Of a stretch of DNA of 64,000 nt, positions 38,301-47,300 are shown one piece after another (position 1 is the first letter of the stretch; the number at the start of each line of letters is the position of its first letter). A program made the position numbers and the translations under genes. Origin of the DNA: a virus; IMG/VR virus record IMGVR_UViG_3300047994_000617, positions 64,626-128,625 of that record; one strand, given 5' to 3'. Below the pieces are notes generated by a model. The model was not told where the DNA came from and searched no databases. It saw nothing but the letters and a program-made list of their open reading frames with translations.

Positions 38301-39674
38301 GCCGGCATCCCCGCCGATCGCATCGGCATCCTGAACGCCGTGGTTGCGCCGAAGGCGGCCGACCGCCTGCGCATCGCCCGGGAGTTCAACGGCGATGCGG
38401 CCGCGGGGATCCCGCCGAAGTACGACGTCCTCATCTCCAACGAGATCGGCGAGGAGGGCGTGGACCTCCAGGATCGCACCTGCGCGATCCACCAGCTCGA
38501 CGTGGGCTGGACGCCGAAGAAGAACGACCAGCGCATCGGACGCGGGGTGCGCCAGGGCAACACGCTCAGCAACATCCACCTCTACTACTACCTCGCCAAC
38601 CGCAGCCAGGACGGCGTGCGGCTCGACATGGTGCAGGGGAAGCAGAACTGGATCGACAGCCTGCTCGAGGGGAACGCCAGCGTGGTCGCCAACACGGCCG
38701 CCCAGTCGACCCTCTCCCGCAAGGACCTCCTGGTGCTCATCTCCCGCGACCCGGAGGCCACCAGGAAAGCCTTCGAGGCGGCCGAGGCCGAGGCCGAGGA
38801 GAAGCGCAAGGTCAAGGTCGCCAAGGTGGCCACGGACACGCTGCGGGCCGCCGCCAGCCGCTTCGAGCGCGCACGCACCGAGACGGACCAGGCCACCGCC
38901 ACGGAGCTCCTCTCCGCCGCCCGGCAGAAGCTCGCGGGCCTCGCCAAGGTCCCGCCGGACGTCTGGCCCTGGGCAGGCTGGGCGCAGGCTGCGGAGCAGG
39001 CCCCGATGCTGGTCCCGAAGGAGCCGGGCGCCCCCGTCTACGAGGGCCTCCAGGTCGCCATGCCCAAGATGCTCGACCGGAGCGTGATCGAGTGCTCCGA
39101 GTTCGGGCGAATCGACGGCTCCGACATCGGCAGCCGCTTCGCCGGCGCCGCGCACTGGGAGAAGGTCTCGGCCGAAAAGGTCTCCCACCTCCATCTTGAG
39201 CCCCCGATGCGGATCGCCGAGGGCAGCGGCACGCCCTGGCCGGCGGACGACCAGGCCGGCATCGACAAGGCCATGCAGGACCGATGGCTCGACCGGCTCC
39301 GCCACGGCGCCGGCGCGGCCGACGCCTGGCGTGCCCTCGGCTGGGTGTACGGGCCCTCCCGCTGGGTCGAGGCGCAGTGGTCGCGATGGGGACGCGACGT
39401 CGTGGCCGCGCTGGCGAGCACCGGCGGCTGGGCCCAGAACCTCCAGATCCCGGCGCTGCGGAGAGGGCTGCTCGTCCAGGGCCTCACGCCGCCGTTCAGC
39501 GACGTGCTCCCGCCGACCGATGCCGGGTACGAGGAGTTCCTGCGGATCGCGCCGATGGCGGGGCTCAAGTTCACGGAGCTGGAGAACATCGCCGTGTTCT
39601 GGTGGAACCGCGGGATCCCCCGGACCCTGCTCTCGGCGGGCCGCGACGCACAGCCACAGTCGAGGGCCGCATGA
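29391..39674 (+). CDS. 3427-aa DarB-like polyvalent protein: N6-adenine DNA methyltransferase + SNF2/SF2 helicase
   Basis: MTase motif I ALEPSLGIGRF and motif IV NPPY (~34560-35360). Helicase VGVGKT, DEAH, TATPASNS and QRIGRGVRQGN (~36740-38560). The long N-terminal region has SH3/KOW-like and wHTH-like modules. Confidence 0.9.
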   Translation: MGGESGNGQPRGAGGAPAPAAPTRTGGFASLGLAPRPPVPAPAPAPSPAPPPPTRTSGFASLAGRAPPAAPGVRVASPAPATPQARTSGFASLAGRAPAPRPPPPAHPPAHPLVPPITGTPIVRYVGALHPHLTGLEGRVITSASGKATVQWRRPGGGVRLGDRQDPASYAFAELVVLPEGYSEGFKNAAERERATAPAPSVRPPSARPASSRGPSSREARDPFAEENPREAIVRYMGAEPYLRQLEGRVAQRIGHEILVLWRQRGGARYALRAGEPRYVPFKALRVLHGYSPDFRRPGETWPDSQSARGDIPYLTALFAALGDERLAEDAYTAFLGARQWGWLDNKIKIRRVKLALDNSIGEGERSDRALQALAGVDAEGMKWKVGARVTLGARGAYRGRSGTVIAISPFPRYDSREVEIDPEPGDPGKIVEEVRVEDLVNGPLAPATGRAQSAVGGVAAVAPPAAAPEPPVVPPPSLHEEPAPVAAAPTPVVGSIQALRALPVGTRLRQVKNVLGTVERGGGRRIEAQKPKGIVLRVDAPGTKHHGATSDITFSNLGSVEPRPHGFALLDRSKRFLAEYVVEEIPHGAASPAPADDLRARIVAFLQGNPESQMAVIARAVGGPDKPGQDAVFAELRAMRGEDVICHEPKDGRGKVCSLKAAPAATAPAAPPTPTMPGQPRAHHVAIYGGKEVVVDYVPDPRREFSVAAMRVNDNLPTGKTGLVVTPKGQYFLITEGKRTSQLIAPGDVPTALAKHLPGTTMLPAKAAEARADQETPGAAAVSTPQRAAEVLRANLAPRFAGHYLDITAERGVGITVAKTAPHERLGIPSSSLPYSMSIAPSQYATNVQWRDLTVKFTGGDDQKEALEAAGLTVIRRSSDMTPEAAVAKVLAWPGWETLVGIYSAGNQAPEPAHTAPAAPFNPLVVVHVGDTPKHPKWAAIREALRDPGPENRALAATLIEEVNKDRQAAIRRQMARAAMEHNRARLEVAGLTVGEPLARVMAKWIGEGVPTPQDLDAWIAEAGPWTPEPPLPKPAAPAWDPARKEKNLRPGMRLVLERGVHENKRTFLSMEPHVPRAAAPQKKRKKGDAPPPPSQHAARWNFVFRIDDIGPKYGALERIDDVTVVWGPRGFKLVNAAEVYVFGVDATEAAPPSVGTLRATLTEEHRKARVASEVYHKDQAGDWLHHVRSILRTAEAGRAEDKALRDVEDALALQQAPSPRTLDPLRLGRLIEAMEDAQDYEGLRETLIEARELGAHGAPSGQAALFVEASAIGDELGRLNRIKFDPLREKVRKAVALARAHVDRKGPAYAQARDALKAAIAAYRARRPAQAPALPPAEQHAAALVEHQAEALSRKFEEKPPCATEEGVLAATAGEYRTVEEVSGLLGGCDPDLVQKVLTKLADEFKLRKTFTKDKPTRWGHDVPPHREDWAVYRRGADIYGDTSFLTASGQLPGFSVKHLGMGEFVLNTPRGEVEFDRMRGVDFPGQTGRSHLLYATQNPEALALLLKEMRVDERLAEEAAQQPAATAAQQPATLTAQQPATPAAQQPAAGAPASEQAGRPGSAREAAAAPHRLTMAEKAADLWAAFTPSERAAVAAGGIFPAKPMEQAAREGYAGRELTVALMDHAKQQKSAERQAPHGKPEGRPDRVRAALQETSQRVEAARKPTTEAVSSAAGEARAIQAAEDAGTVSPAAMAGVKLSSPPNPDDEAVSDIYAPVEHRTAAARRDANIKAMWLASDLEARPRPLTNDDRLVLAAYSDWGGLGIEKAARKFPPGFPVPEKRQLIHAYFTPPFVCSEIARVTRPLIAGLDGKEEGRIHALEPSLGIGRFPLAFSGPGFEALSWHGVEYSKLSFKMVRALRPDMDLYQGPFESWVTEKGPEFQGRLRLVVSNPPYGERGPAYTKDPDRSYREIRADNYFLRRGLDLLGAGGLGIYIIPSGFLTGKTADARKIREQVLRRHHLSAAFRLPNEVFSLANVVTDILFFRARGGILEKVDEADQFILDGKYYEAFTDHILGTVVPNPPPEPGQEGKRQWHTSAEGYTVVGEFKGLPPELEERPMCAACVHMTPAPAAAKPRKADKPLGPPPTAAEAMVENDERMAAAVGLGRRVEKFLATVANPDVEPVGWEELHDDLTQWGAKHGPPAADKPVLALAKAERGPLGQGAPGGAGWLLKAFLGKSATLIEPLAEKPSWMPRYTGNPHDPLQVGEYLFRNKKALTIGELPGKDAAPLFAAGWCEDSTAPAWVERLDFRGNLYPPDDYMFGELWPRLDRARARAALGDTQAAAQATRLLEAIQPATFDEIEVSPQDGFVPLDVLGEWLDTINHGHDALTLVRADGIVHMAGVPYDEHLPGISGLSDVALMCLGWINHDYVVFKPSAKDDDAQQIDADRLMYAREWTEKFRAWLDARPKPQRAVENAYQRARQGYRQHAYGSAPLRLARWNPAVVLNPHQIAGARRVNANRAGGLGFQVGVGKTYTILAALALARQEGRARRPVICAPQKIAFQWMANIKKALPDFRVVVIGINKTKKKTGEDSSDTDSPEERSRKWARFMGGEFDVAVVTYDSLPRTLMDEESTLKFVEGVTAIEREVALRARNAKKSVKGELKRYAEEKGVIDRRIKKLEATIENLTDATWPSARPKLAKARQDLAVAQAKLEVLDKKHLGSLTERQDAILEETVGRFIAEMTELPGTWKPDPDIIWNKIGVDWIAFDEAHNGKNLHMPADREGGSVPKYMGNAGDGSKRAWHWFFRCCDVQSRGGEVVLATATPASNSPLEFYNLVKLMDKDAWTRIGIYDPEAFIDRFCILQIEEVMNAEMEVEQRLACVGFKNADELRSVIYRLWEFKTAKQAGLKLPAVTQERVFVDMDAAQEQKYVDYVKAIEDELSKPKIPGQKSGKILGLLARMAMVSMHSQLDEGFKWKTAGAVDNPHSPKFDALANNILKMPHCGHIVFADYIAAHAWIRDVLVEAGIPADRIGILNAVVAPKAADRLRIAREFNGDAAAGIPPKYDVLISNEIGEEGVDLQDRTCAIHQLDVGWTPKKNDQRIGRGVRQGNTLSNIHLYYYLANRSQDGVRLDMVQGKQNWIDSLLEGNASVVANTAAQSTLSRKDLLVLISRDPEATRKAFEAAEAEAEEKRKVKVAKVATDTLRAAASRFERARTETDQATATELLSAARQKLAGLAKVPPDVWPWAGWAQAAEQAPMLVPKEPGAPVYEGLQVAMPKMLDRSVIECSEFGRIDGSDIGSRFAGAAHWEKVSAEKVSHLHLEPPMRIAEGSGTPWPADDQAGIDKAMQDRWLDRLRHGAGAADAWRALGWVYGPSRWVEAQWSRWGRDVVAALASTGGWAQNLQIPALRRGLLVQGLTPPFSDVLPPTDAGYEEFLRIAPMAGLKFTELENIAVFWWNRGIPRTLLSAGRDAQPQSRAA

Positions 39675-40597
39675 CGAAGCGCGCACTGCCGTTGACCGCG
39701 AGCGTCGTGATCCAGCGGGTGAAGCAGGGGGGCGACCTCCGCGGCCACCGCATCCTGGAGTTCGAGAGGTACTATGTGCGCGCCGTACCCGGCGGCCGGT
39801 GGGAAGCCTGTCGCTACGCGGCGATCGAGACCCCCCTGCGGCTCACCACAGGGGAGGCGGCCATCGTCCAAAACCTCGGCCAGCCCGGGAAGACGCCGCA
39901 GGACGCGGCGCGCCGCATGTGGAAGTTCGCCACGGAGCGCGCAGCGGCCGAAGGCGTGTGGCTGGTGGATGACGACCTCCCCGAGGCGCTGCGGGCCGGC
40001 GTCAACCTGATGCCGCTGGAGAAGGCCTTCGCCATCCACGACGCGATCGCGATGAGCCGGTCGGCGGGGATCGACGCGGGGACCTTCATGGAGCGGCACG
40101 CAACGCGCGAGCGCGCAGCGAGCGAGCCGGACATCTGGCGCATCTTCCGGGGCCGCGTGTGCGTCGGCGACTTCGGCGGCGGCAACGAAGACGAGGCGGT
40201 CGACGTGGCCGTGCGCGCGGGTGCGACGAAGCGGGGCGAGCGGGGGCTCAGGGTGGTTCGGCGCGACCTGGCTCGGCTCTTCGCCGCGGCCGAGGCGCAC
40301 GGCGAACAGTCGGAGCCCGAACACGAGATCGGCGACCTCCAGGGCTACGTGCAGAGCGCGTGGGACGTCCTCACATCAAGCCAACGGCGCGAGGTGTACG
40401 GCGCTCACGGCCCGGAGACGTCCGACCTCGCGTCCTTCGGGACACTGATGTCGCACGCATCCGGCTCTCGGCACGAGGCGGCGACGCTGCGCGCCATCCT
40501 GATCACCTGTTGGGCCCTCCTGCCGCGTGCGCAGCGCCGGGCCGTCTATGAGAGGCACGCCGCTGACGTCGCCGAGTGGCTTCCGGAGGGCGCATGA
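39671..40597 (+). CDS. Hypothetical protein with RIFRGR..GxFGG module
   Basis: ATGA coupling; module shared with the next gene. Confidence 0.65.
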   Translation: MTKRALPLTASVVIQRVKQGGDLRGHRILEFERYYVRAVPGGRWEACRYAAIETPLRLTTGEAAIVQNLGQPGKTPQDAARRMWKFATERAAAEGVWLVDDDLPEALRAGVNLMPLEKAFAIHDAIAMSRSAGIDAGTFMERHATRERAASEPDIWRIFRGRVCVGDFGGGNEDEAVDVAVRAGATKRGERGLRVVRRDLARLFAAAEAHGEQSEPEHEIGDLQGYVQSAWDVLTSSQRREVYGAHGPETSDLASFGTLMSHASGSRHEAATLRAILITCWALLPRAQRRAVYERHAADVAEWLPEGA

Positions 40598-41328
40598 AGG
40601 GCCCCCGGTTCGCGATCCACACCCGCGACGGTGAGGCCGTCTCGGTCGTCACGGCCCGGAACGAGACGGCGGCTTGGAATAAGCTCGCCCACCAACAAGG
40701 CCTCGGCGACGCCAGGCGCGCCGACGCCATGGCACCAGGCTGGCGGGACCGCTTTGTCGTGACGGACACGCGGGACCTACACACATGGAGGATCGTCACG
40801 ACGAAGGGCGCGCAGAACATGGGGGCGTTCCTGGCGCGCACGGCGGCGAGCGCGCTGGACGTGCTGGCCCACAAGCAGCGCTTCCGGAGCGCCAAGCATG
40901 CGGAGGCCCACGAGGCCGGCTGGGCCAAGCGCTACCGGGTTGCGCTTGAGACCGTAGCCGGTGGCCAGGGGGCCGCGAACGACAGTCGCGTATCGGCAGC
41001 AGACTCCGACGTCGAGGACTTCGCCGTGTTCAAGGATGTCGCGACGGGCTGGGGTCCTCCCAAATGGGAGCGCGTCGGCACGGTGTCAGCCGCCACCCCC
41101 GACGATGCCGCGATCGCTGCCAGGTCCCGCTGGTCGGCGGAGGATTCGCTGATGCTTCGGCCGCTCGGGAAGCCTCAATACGGCACCTTCCGCATCTTCC
41201 GGGGTCGCGCGGACCTCGGAGTTTTCGGAGGACGCGACGAGGCCGGGGCGCTCGACGTCGCAGTGCGGGCGGGGACGATCAAGCGGGGCGAGCGCGGGCT
41301 CCGGGTGGTGCAGGAGCGGACCAGATGA
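40594..41328 (+). CDS. Hypothetical protein with RIFRGR..GxFGG module
   Basis: ATGA coupling at both ends. Confidence 0.65.
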   Translation: MKGPRFAIHTRDGEAVSVVTARNETAAWNKLAHQQGLGDARRADAMAPGWRDRFVVTDTRDLHTWRIVTTKGAQNMGAFLARTAASALDVLAHKQRFRSAKHAEAHEAGWAKRYRVALETVAGGQGAANDSRVSAADSDVEDFAVFKDVATGWGPPKWERVGTVSAATPDDAAIAARSRWSAEDSLMLRPLGKPQYGTFRIFRGRADLGVFGGRDEAGALDVAVRAGTIKRGERGLRVVQERTR

Positions 41329-44300
41329 CGAGCGCCAGACAGATCCGAGGCTCCGCCTTCATGGCCTCCCTCCCCCCGGGAGGGGATCCCACCTCCATCC
41401 GGGAGCGGGAGGCCCTCGTCCTCGATGCCGTCCGCCGGGGGATCGCCCAACCCATCACCTGGGCGCCGGTGAAGACCCAGATCCCCGGCCATACGGGGGT
41501 CGTCTACGTCGCCACCGACACCCTCCGCTTCGGGGTGCCCGGGCCCACGAGCACGAGTCTCGTCGCGCCAGCGGACCGCCGCGAATGGGCAGGCGAGCCC
41601 GGTGACTGGAACTGGGTACGGATCGCCGTCACCGCCGACACGGCCCAGAAGATCGCCGACCAACTCGGCGTGCTCCTGCCCACGGACAAGATCCTCGACT
41701 TGGCGCACGCCCAGGCGGACGTCCACCTCACCCCCCACGTCCAGATGAACGTCACCGCCACCACGGAGGGGATGCTTCAGCACCACGTTGCCATCGAGGC
41801 CGAGCGGGCCGGACGCGAGGGGTTGATCTCGACGATCGGCAAGGACTGGATCCTCGGCAACGAACTCTGCCCGCCGCCCTGGGGCGGGCCTCCGGCGCAC
41901 CCGCTGGGTTACGACGGGGCGATCAACTACGGCTGGCACACCGACCAGGCCCCGACCCGGAACGGCCCCTACGTGGCCCAGCCGGGCATCGTGGTGTGGC
42001 AGAGCCGGGGCCTCCGGCACAACCGCGGGCACGTCGACTACAGCCAGTGGGTCCCGCGGTTCGTGGCGCCGTGGATGGAGGTCGACGGCCAGCGGGTGAG
42101 TACCGCGGACGTGATGCAGTCCAAGGAGCTGGCGGGCCTCGTGAGCTACGAGGGGCCGCTGCGGTCGGTCCGGCTGCCGGACGCCCCCTCCCGCAAGCTC
42201 CAGAACCGGACAGCGCGCCCGGGAGCGGGGGAGCGGCCGGCGCCCGAGGCGGCGGACCCCTTCGACGCCCTGGAAGCGGGCGCCCCAAGCCCCACGCCCG
42301 ACACGTTCTACAGGAGCGCCAACGGCGACGTATGGATCGGCACGATCGAAGACGGCATGTTCCGCTGGAACGCGGCCGCGGTCTTCAAGCCGCCGCGCGA
42401 GAAGACGCTGCCGGGGCATGCTTACCGCATCGGGCCGCTCCGCGACTGCGGCGAGGGCGAATGCACTTTCGATCTGCTCGAGGACCTGGAGCTGGTGCCC
42501 GTCCACGGAACCGACATCGACACCAGCGGGGCGTCCCAGGAAGCCCCTTCGCCACCAACCGGCTCTGGTCTCTGTGACCCCTTCGCCGATTACCGCGCCG
42601 AGCACCCCGAAAGCGGCGTCAACGCCTTCGGTCTCGCCTTGTTCGCCAGGATCCGGAGGGCGCCCGGCAATCTCGCGTTCTCGCCGGCCTCGATCTGGAC
42701 GGCCCTCGCGATGCCCTTTGCCGGCGCGCGCGGTGAGACCGCGGAGCAGATGGCGCGGACGCTCGACGACCATCGGACGAGCCGCGAGATCGTGCCCGCC
42801 GCCGGCGTGGTCGTCTCCCGCATCAACGAGCCCCGCCCCGGCACGACAATCCGCCTCGCCAGCCGCCTCTTCGGCGCCCAGGGCTACCCCTTCCAGCCCG
42901 CCTACCTGAGGCTCACCCGGGAGACCTTCGGGGCCCCGCTCGAGCCCGTCGACTTCGGAGCCGCCGAAGCGGCCCGCGCGCGCATCAACGGGTGGGTCGC
43001 CGAGCAGACCGAGGACCGGATCAAGGACCTCCTGCCCGAAGGCAGCGTCGACAGCCTCACGCGCCTCGTGCTCGTCAACGCGATCTACTTCCTCGGCAAG
43101 TGGGCGGCGCCCTTCGAGGCCACCGGGACCCGCCCCGCGCCCTTCCACGCCAGCCCCACGGACGTCCGCCAGGTGCCGACGATGGCGCAGACCCTCCACT
43201 GCCGCTTCGCCGACGTCGCCGGCGTGAAGCTGGCGGAGCTGCCCTACCGCAACAACGACCTCGCCATGCTCCTCGTCCTCCCCGCGGAGGTGGACGGCCT
43301 CGCCGCCCTCGAGGCCCGGCTCTCCCCAGCGGTCCTCGCCGACTGGGTAGGCGCGCTCTCCGAGGCCCGCGTCCGCGTCCGGCTGCCGAAGTTCGAGATC
43401 GCCCCCGAGGGCTTCTCCCTCGGCGCCGCGCTCAAGGCCCTGGGGATGCCGCTCGCGTTCGACCCGGCCCGGGCCGACTTCACAGGCATCGCCGAACCCA
43501 CGAGCTCCACCGAGCGGCTCTTCCTGTCCGACGTCTTCCACAAGGCGTTCGTCAAGGTGGACGAGGAGGGGACAGAGGCCGCGGCGGCGACGGCGATCGT
43601 GGCGAAGGCGGTGTCGATGGATCCGCGGCCCGAGGCGGACTTCAACGCCGACCACCCCTTCCTGTTCTTCCTGAGGGACACGAATACGGGGATGGTGCTC
43701 TTCATGGGCCGCGTCAGCGACCCGGCCGCCAGCGCCCCCGGCACGCGCGATGCCGGCGAGCCGCTTTTGCTGGGTCCCACCGATCCCTCTTTCGACTTGG
43801 CGGAGACCGGCGCGCCCGAGGCCGGGTCCAAGGTGATCGACCTCGGCGACCACATCCTCCGGTTCGTCAATTCGTTCCGCGATGCGAAGTTCCTGGGGAT
43901 CACTTTCCCCGGCCAGTGCGGCGGGATGGCCTCCACCGTCCTCGACTACTTCTTCGCCGACCGCCCAGCGCCGACCGGCAGGACGACGCCTCCCGTGAGC
44001 GATCCGCTCGGCGCCTACATCCAGGGCCGCCAGCAAGACTCTCTCCTCTTCGGCGGGAACATCGCGCACTTCGCCAAGATGCTCGTCAACCCCGACGACG
44101 CGGACATCGCGCGGCAGTCGGCAGCCTCTTTCGCCGAGGTCCGGCGCGCCATCGACGCGGGGAAGCCCGTGCTCCTCGGGCTCATCCCCCATCCGTGGTC
44201 GCTCGACCCAAGGAAAGTCACGCGCGCACACCAGGTCGTGGCGCACGGGTACATGGTCGGCGACGACGGGGGCCGCTCGGTACTCATCTGGGACCCGAAC

Positions 44301-47300
44301 CGGCCGCTCGTGAGCGGCAACTACCTCTACCAGGCCGCAGGCACGCTGCACTGGATCGAGCCCGCGACGCCCACGCTCCGCTCGGTGGAGTGGCGGGGGT
44401 TCTTCGTCGAAGCGGGCTACGTGCCCAGGGATCCACCGAAAGTCGAGGAGATGATGGCCACGAACGATGCCGGTGCGCCCGCGGACCCCTTCACGGCGCT
44501 CGACGCGGCCGACCCACTCGACGTGCTCCAGGAGAAGGTGCTCGACCCGCTCCACGAGGCCGCGAAGGGGACGTGGTTGGAGAACGTGCGGACGGCCCAA
44601 CGCGACTACCTGAAGAGCACCTGGGTCGCCGACACGAAGCTCGGCGACTTCCTCCGCCTCAACGATCCGCCTCCGCCGGCGCCCCCGGCGATCCCCGCCG
44701 AGGGCGCGACGTTCGAGCTCTACCCGAAGCCCCTGAAGCTCAGCCCCGAGGCCGGCGATCCCGCAGCGGAGCCCGAGCCGAGCCGCACCGACGTGCTCCT
44801 CGAGGTCCTCCGGATGCGCCGAGAGCGGCACGTCGCGCCCTTCTCCAGTTGCAACATCACCGGCGCCGAGTGGAGCGAGGCGGAGGCCCGGGCGCGCGCC
44901 GCAGCGGCGAGGGCGCGGAGCAACCTCGACGCTGGCAACCTCGACCTCGACGCCGGCGACGCCCAGGGGGACCAGGCGCTCGCCGCGGCGGGCAAGGGGG
45001 CGGGGATCGGCGCGGCGGTGGGGACGGTGCTCGAAGCCGTGCCGGTCGTCGGCCCTCTGCTCCACGTCGTCGCAGTCGTCGTCGGGGCCATCGCCGGGGC
45101 CATCGCGGGCGCCACGATGGACACCTTCCATCTGGAGACGCCGGTCGTCGCCGCCGGCCTCGTGGTCGCGATGCACGTCCTGCCGAACCTGCTTTTCAGC
45201 GGGATCGACACGGTGACCGTCGACAACGGCACCAACAAGCATCCGCCCGAGGAGCACGCGGCGCGCCTGGCCCGATACCTCCTGCTCTGCATGGGCGCCG
45301 TCCCGAACTCCTGGAAGCTCTACAACCCGAACGACTTCCACAGCCACGACAACCCGTACATGGAAGCGGTCGATCCCCGCTTCCCCCTCACCGATCCCCG
45401 CTACGACGCGCGGATCAAGGCGGCCGTGTCCCGGGGCATCCTCCTGCCGCCGGACGTGTCGACGCCAGCCCAGGCGCAGGCGCTGCTCCTCGCGTTCCGC
45501 GCGATCCTGGCACCCTCCAAGCTCCTCCAGTGGAGCCAGGTGCAGGCCCACCTCCCCCAGCTCCGCCGCAACATCCAGCACCTCCGCGCCCTCGCCGGCG
45601 AGACGGGCGACGACCCGGAGCTCCGCATCGCGCTCGGGGGCGACGTCCAGCCGCACTTCTTCTACCCGCACGGGACCCACGTGGCTCCGCGGCACGTCCA
45701 GGCGCCTCGGCCCGCGCCGGCGGCACCGCGCCCGATCCTTCGTCTTCCGGCCCCCCGGCGCCCCCTCGCGCCGGCGCCGCCCGATCCCTTCAGGGATCTC
45801 CGACCCCAGCCAGAGACCAGGAGCCCCACGATGACCACGGACGCACCGGAGGACCCCTTCCAGACGCTCACCGACGCGGGCGCACCCGCGGATGCCGGTG
45901 AAGCAGGCGCTCCTCCCGAACCGTGGAGACTAAAGGACCCGACGTGGCGTCCCGTCGTGGTGCGCGAGGCGACCGCGGCGGACCTGCACCAACAGGGCTG
46001 GCTCCCCGCGTATTCAAAGGGCGCCAAGGTCTTCGCCGTGCCTCCTGGGGTGGGCGGCGGATGGGTCGACCTGGGGGGTCGAACCGCGGTCGGGTACTAT
46101 TTCTCGCCGCAAGAACCGTGGCGCGGCGCCTCCGTGGGGGACAGCCCGCCCGGTGAGATCCTCCCGGCGATCACCAACGGATCGGTCTCCGGGTACCCCG
46201 TCGACTCGCGCGACTGGAGTCAGGGGATCCTCGGAGAAGCCGGCACCTGGACCTACTTCCGGTTCAAGGAAAACCGCCGCATTCCTCTCGCCTCCGGGAT
46301 CCGAGACGTGGCGCGCGCCGACGCGACGACGCGCGAGAACTACGGCAGCTTCACCGAGCCGATCACGATCTACCGCGTGCCAGCCGACGGCACCGGGGAG
46401 TGGGTCGTGGTCTTCACGAACCGGAACTGGAAGTACGACCGCTACCGCTACGACCGCGACGCGTGGATGCACTTCGACAGGACGCTCGCCAGCGGCGTGC
46501 CCGAGGGCGAGGCGGAGGCGCGCGACCGCCAGATCCAGGGCGACGAGCGCCGAATGGGGGAGCCCAACGTCGTCGTCCTGCGCACGCCGAGCGACGACTG
46601 GATGGAGCACCGCTTCGTGTGGGACACGAAGCAGGGCGGCGTGCCGGAGCCGGGGAGCGGCGCGTACGGCATGGCGCCGGGCGCGCCGAAGCGGAGCGAG
46701 ACCGCAGGCGCCGAGGGCGGGGGCGAGCCTAGCTCCTTCGCCGGCGGCTCTCTGGTGTCGATCTGGCACCCCACCGATCAGCGCTGGCAGGACGTCGCCC
46801 GCACCCAGCCCGGCCCGCGGGGCGCAGACCTCGCCACCGACGTCGGCACCCTCTGCGCCAAGGCGCTCTCCGTCCGGTTCCCGGGCCCCCTCTTCGTCCA
46901 GGTGATCCGCCGCACGCCGGGCTCCCGGGGCGTCACCCTGCTCGTCGCGCGCGACGGGCAGGCCACGGCGCAGGAGTTCCCCGCCGGGGGCGTGGAGCCC
47001 TCCTGGCCGGGCTGGACGCGGGCCTCCGGCGTGGCGCCCACCCGTCCACGCCCCGGCCGCTACGACGGCGACGGGGACACGTTCGCCTCGAGCTCGACCG
47101 TCTCGATGTGGATCGCCCGAGGTGGCACCTGGGAGGACCTCGCCGAGGCGCTCCCGCACCGAGACGTCGACATCGGCAGCCTCCTCGCCAAGCACGTCGT
47201 CCATTCGACCGCGCAGAAGTCGACCCGCACCGCCCGCGCCCGCTGCGTGCGGCGAGGCGCCGATGGGGCGCCGATGGAGACGACCCTCTTCGCCTGCCGG

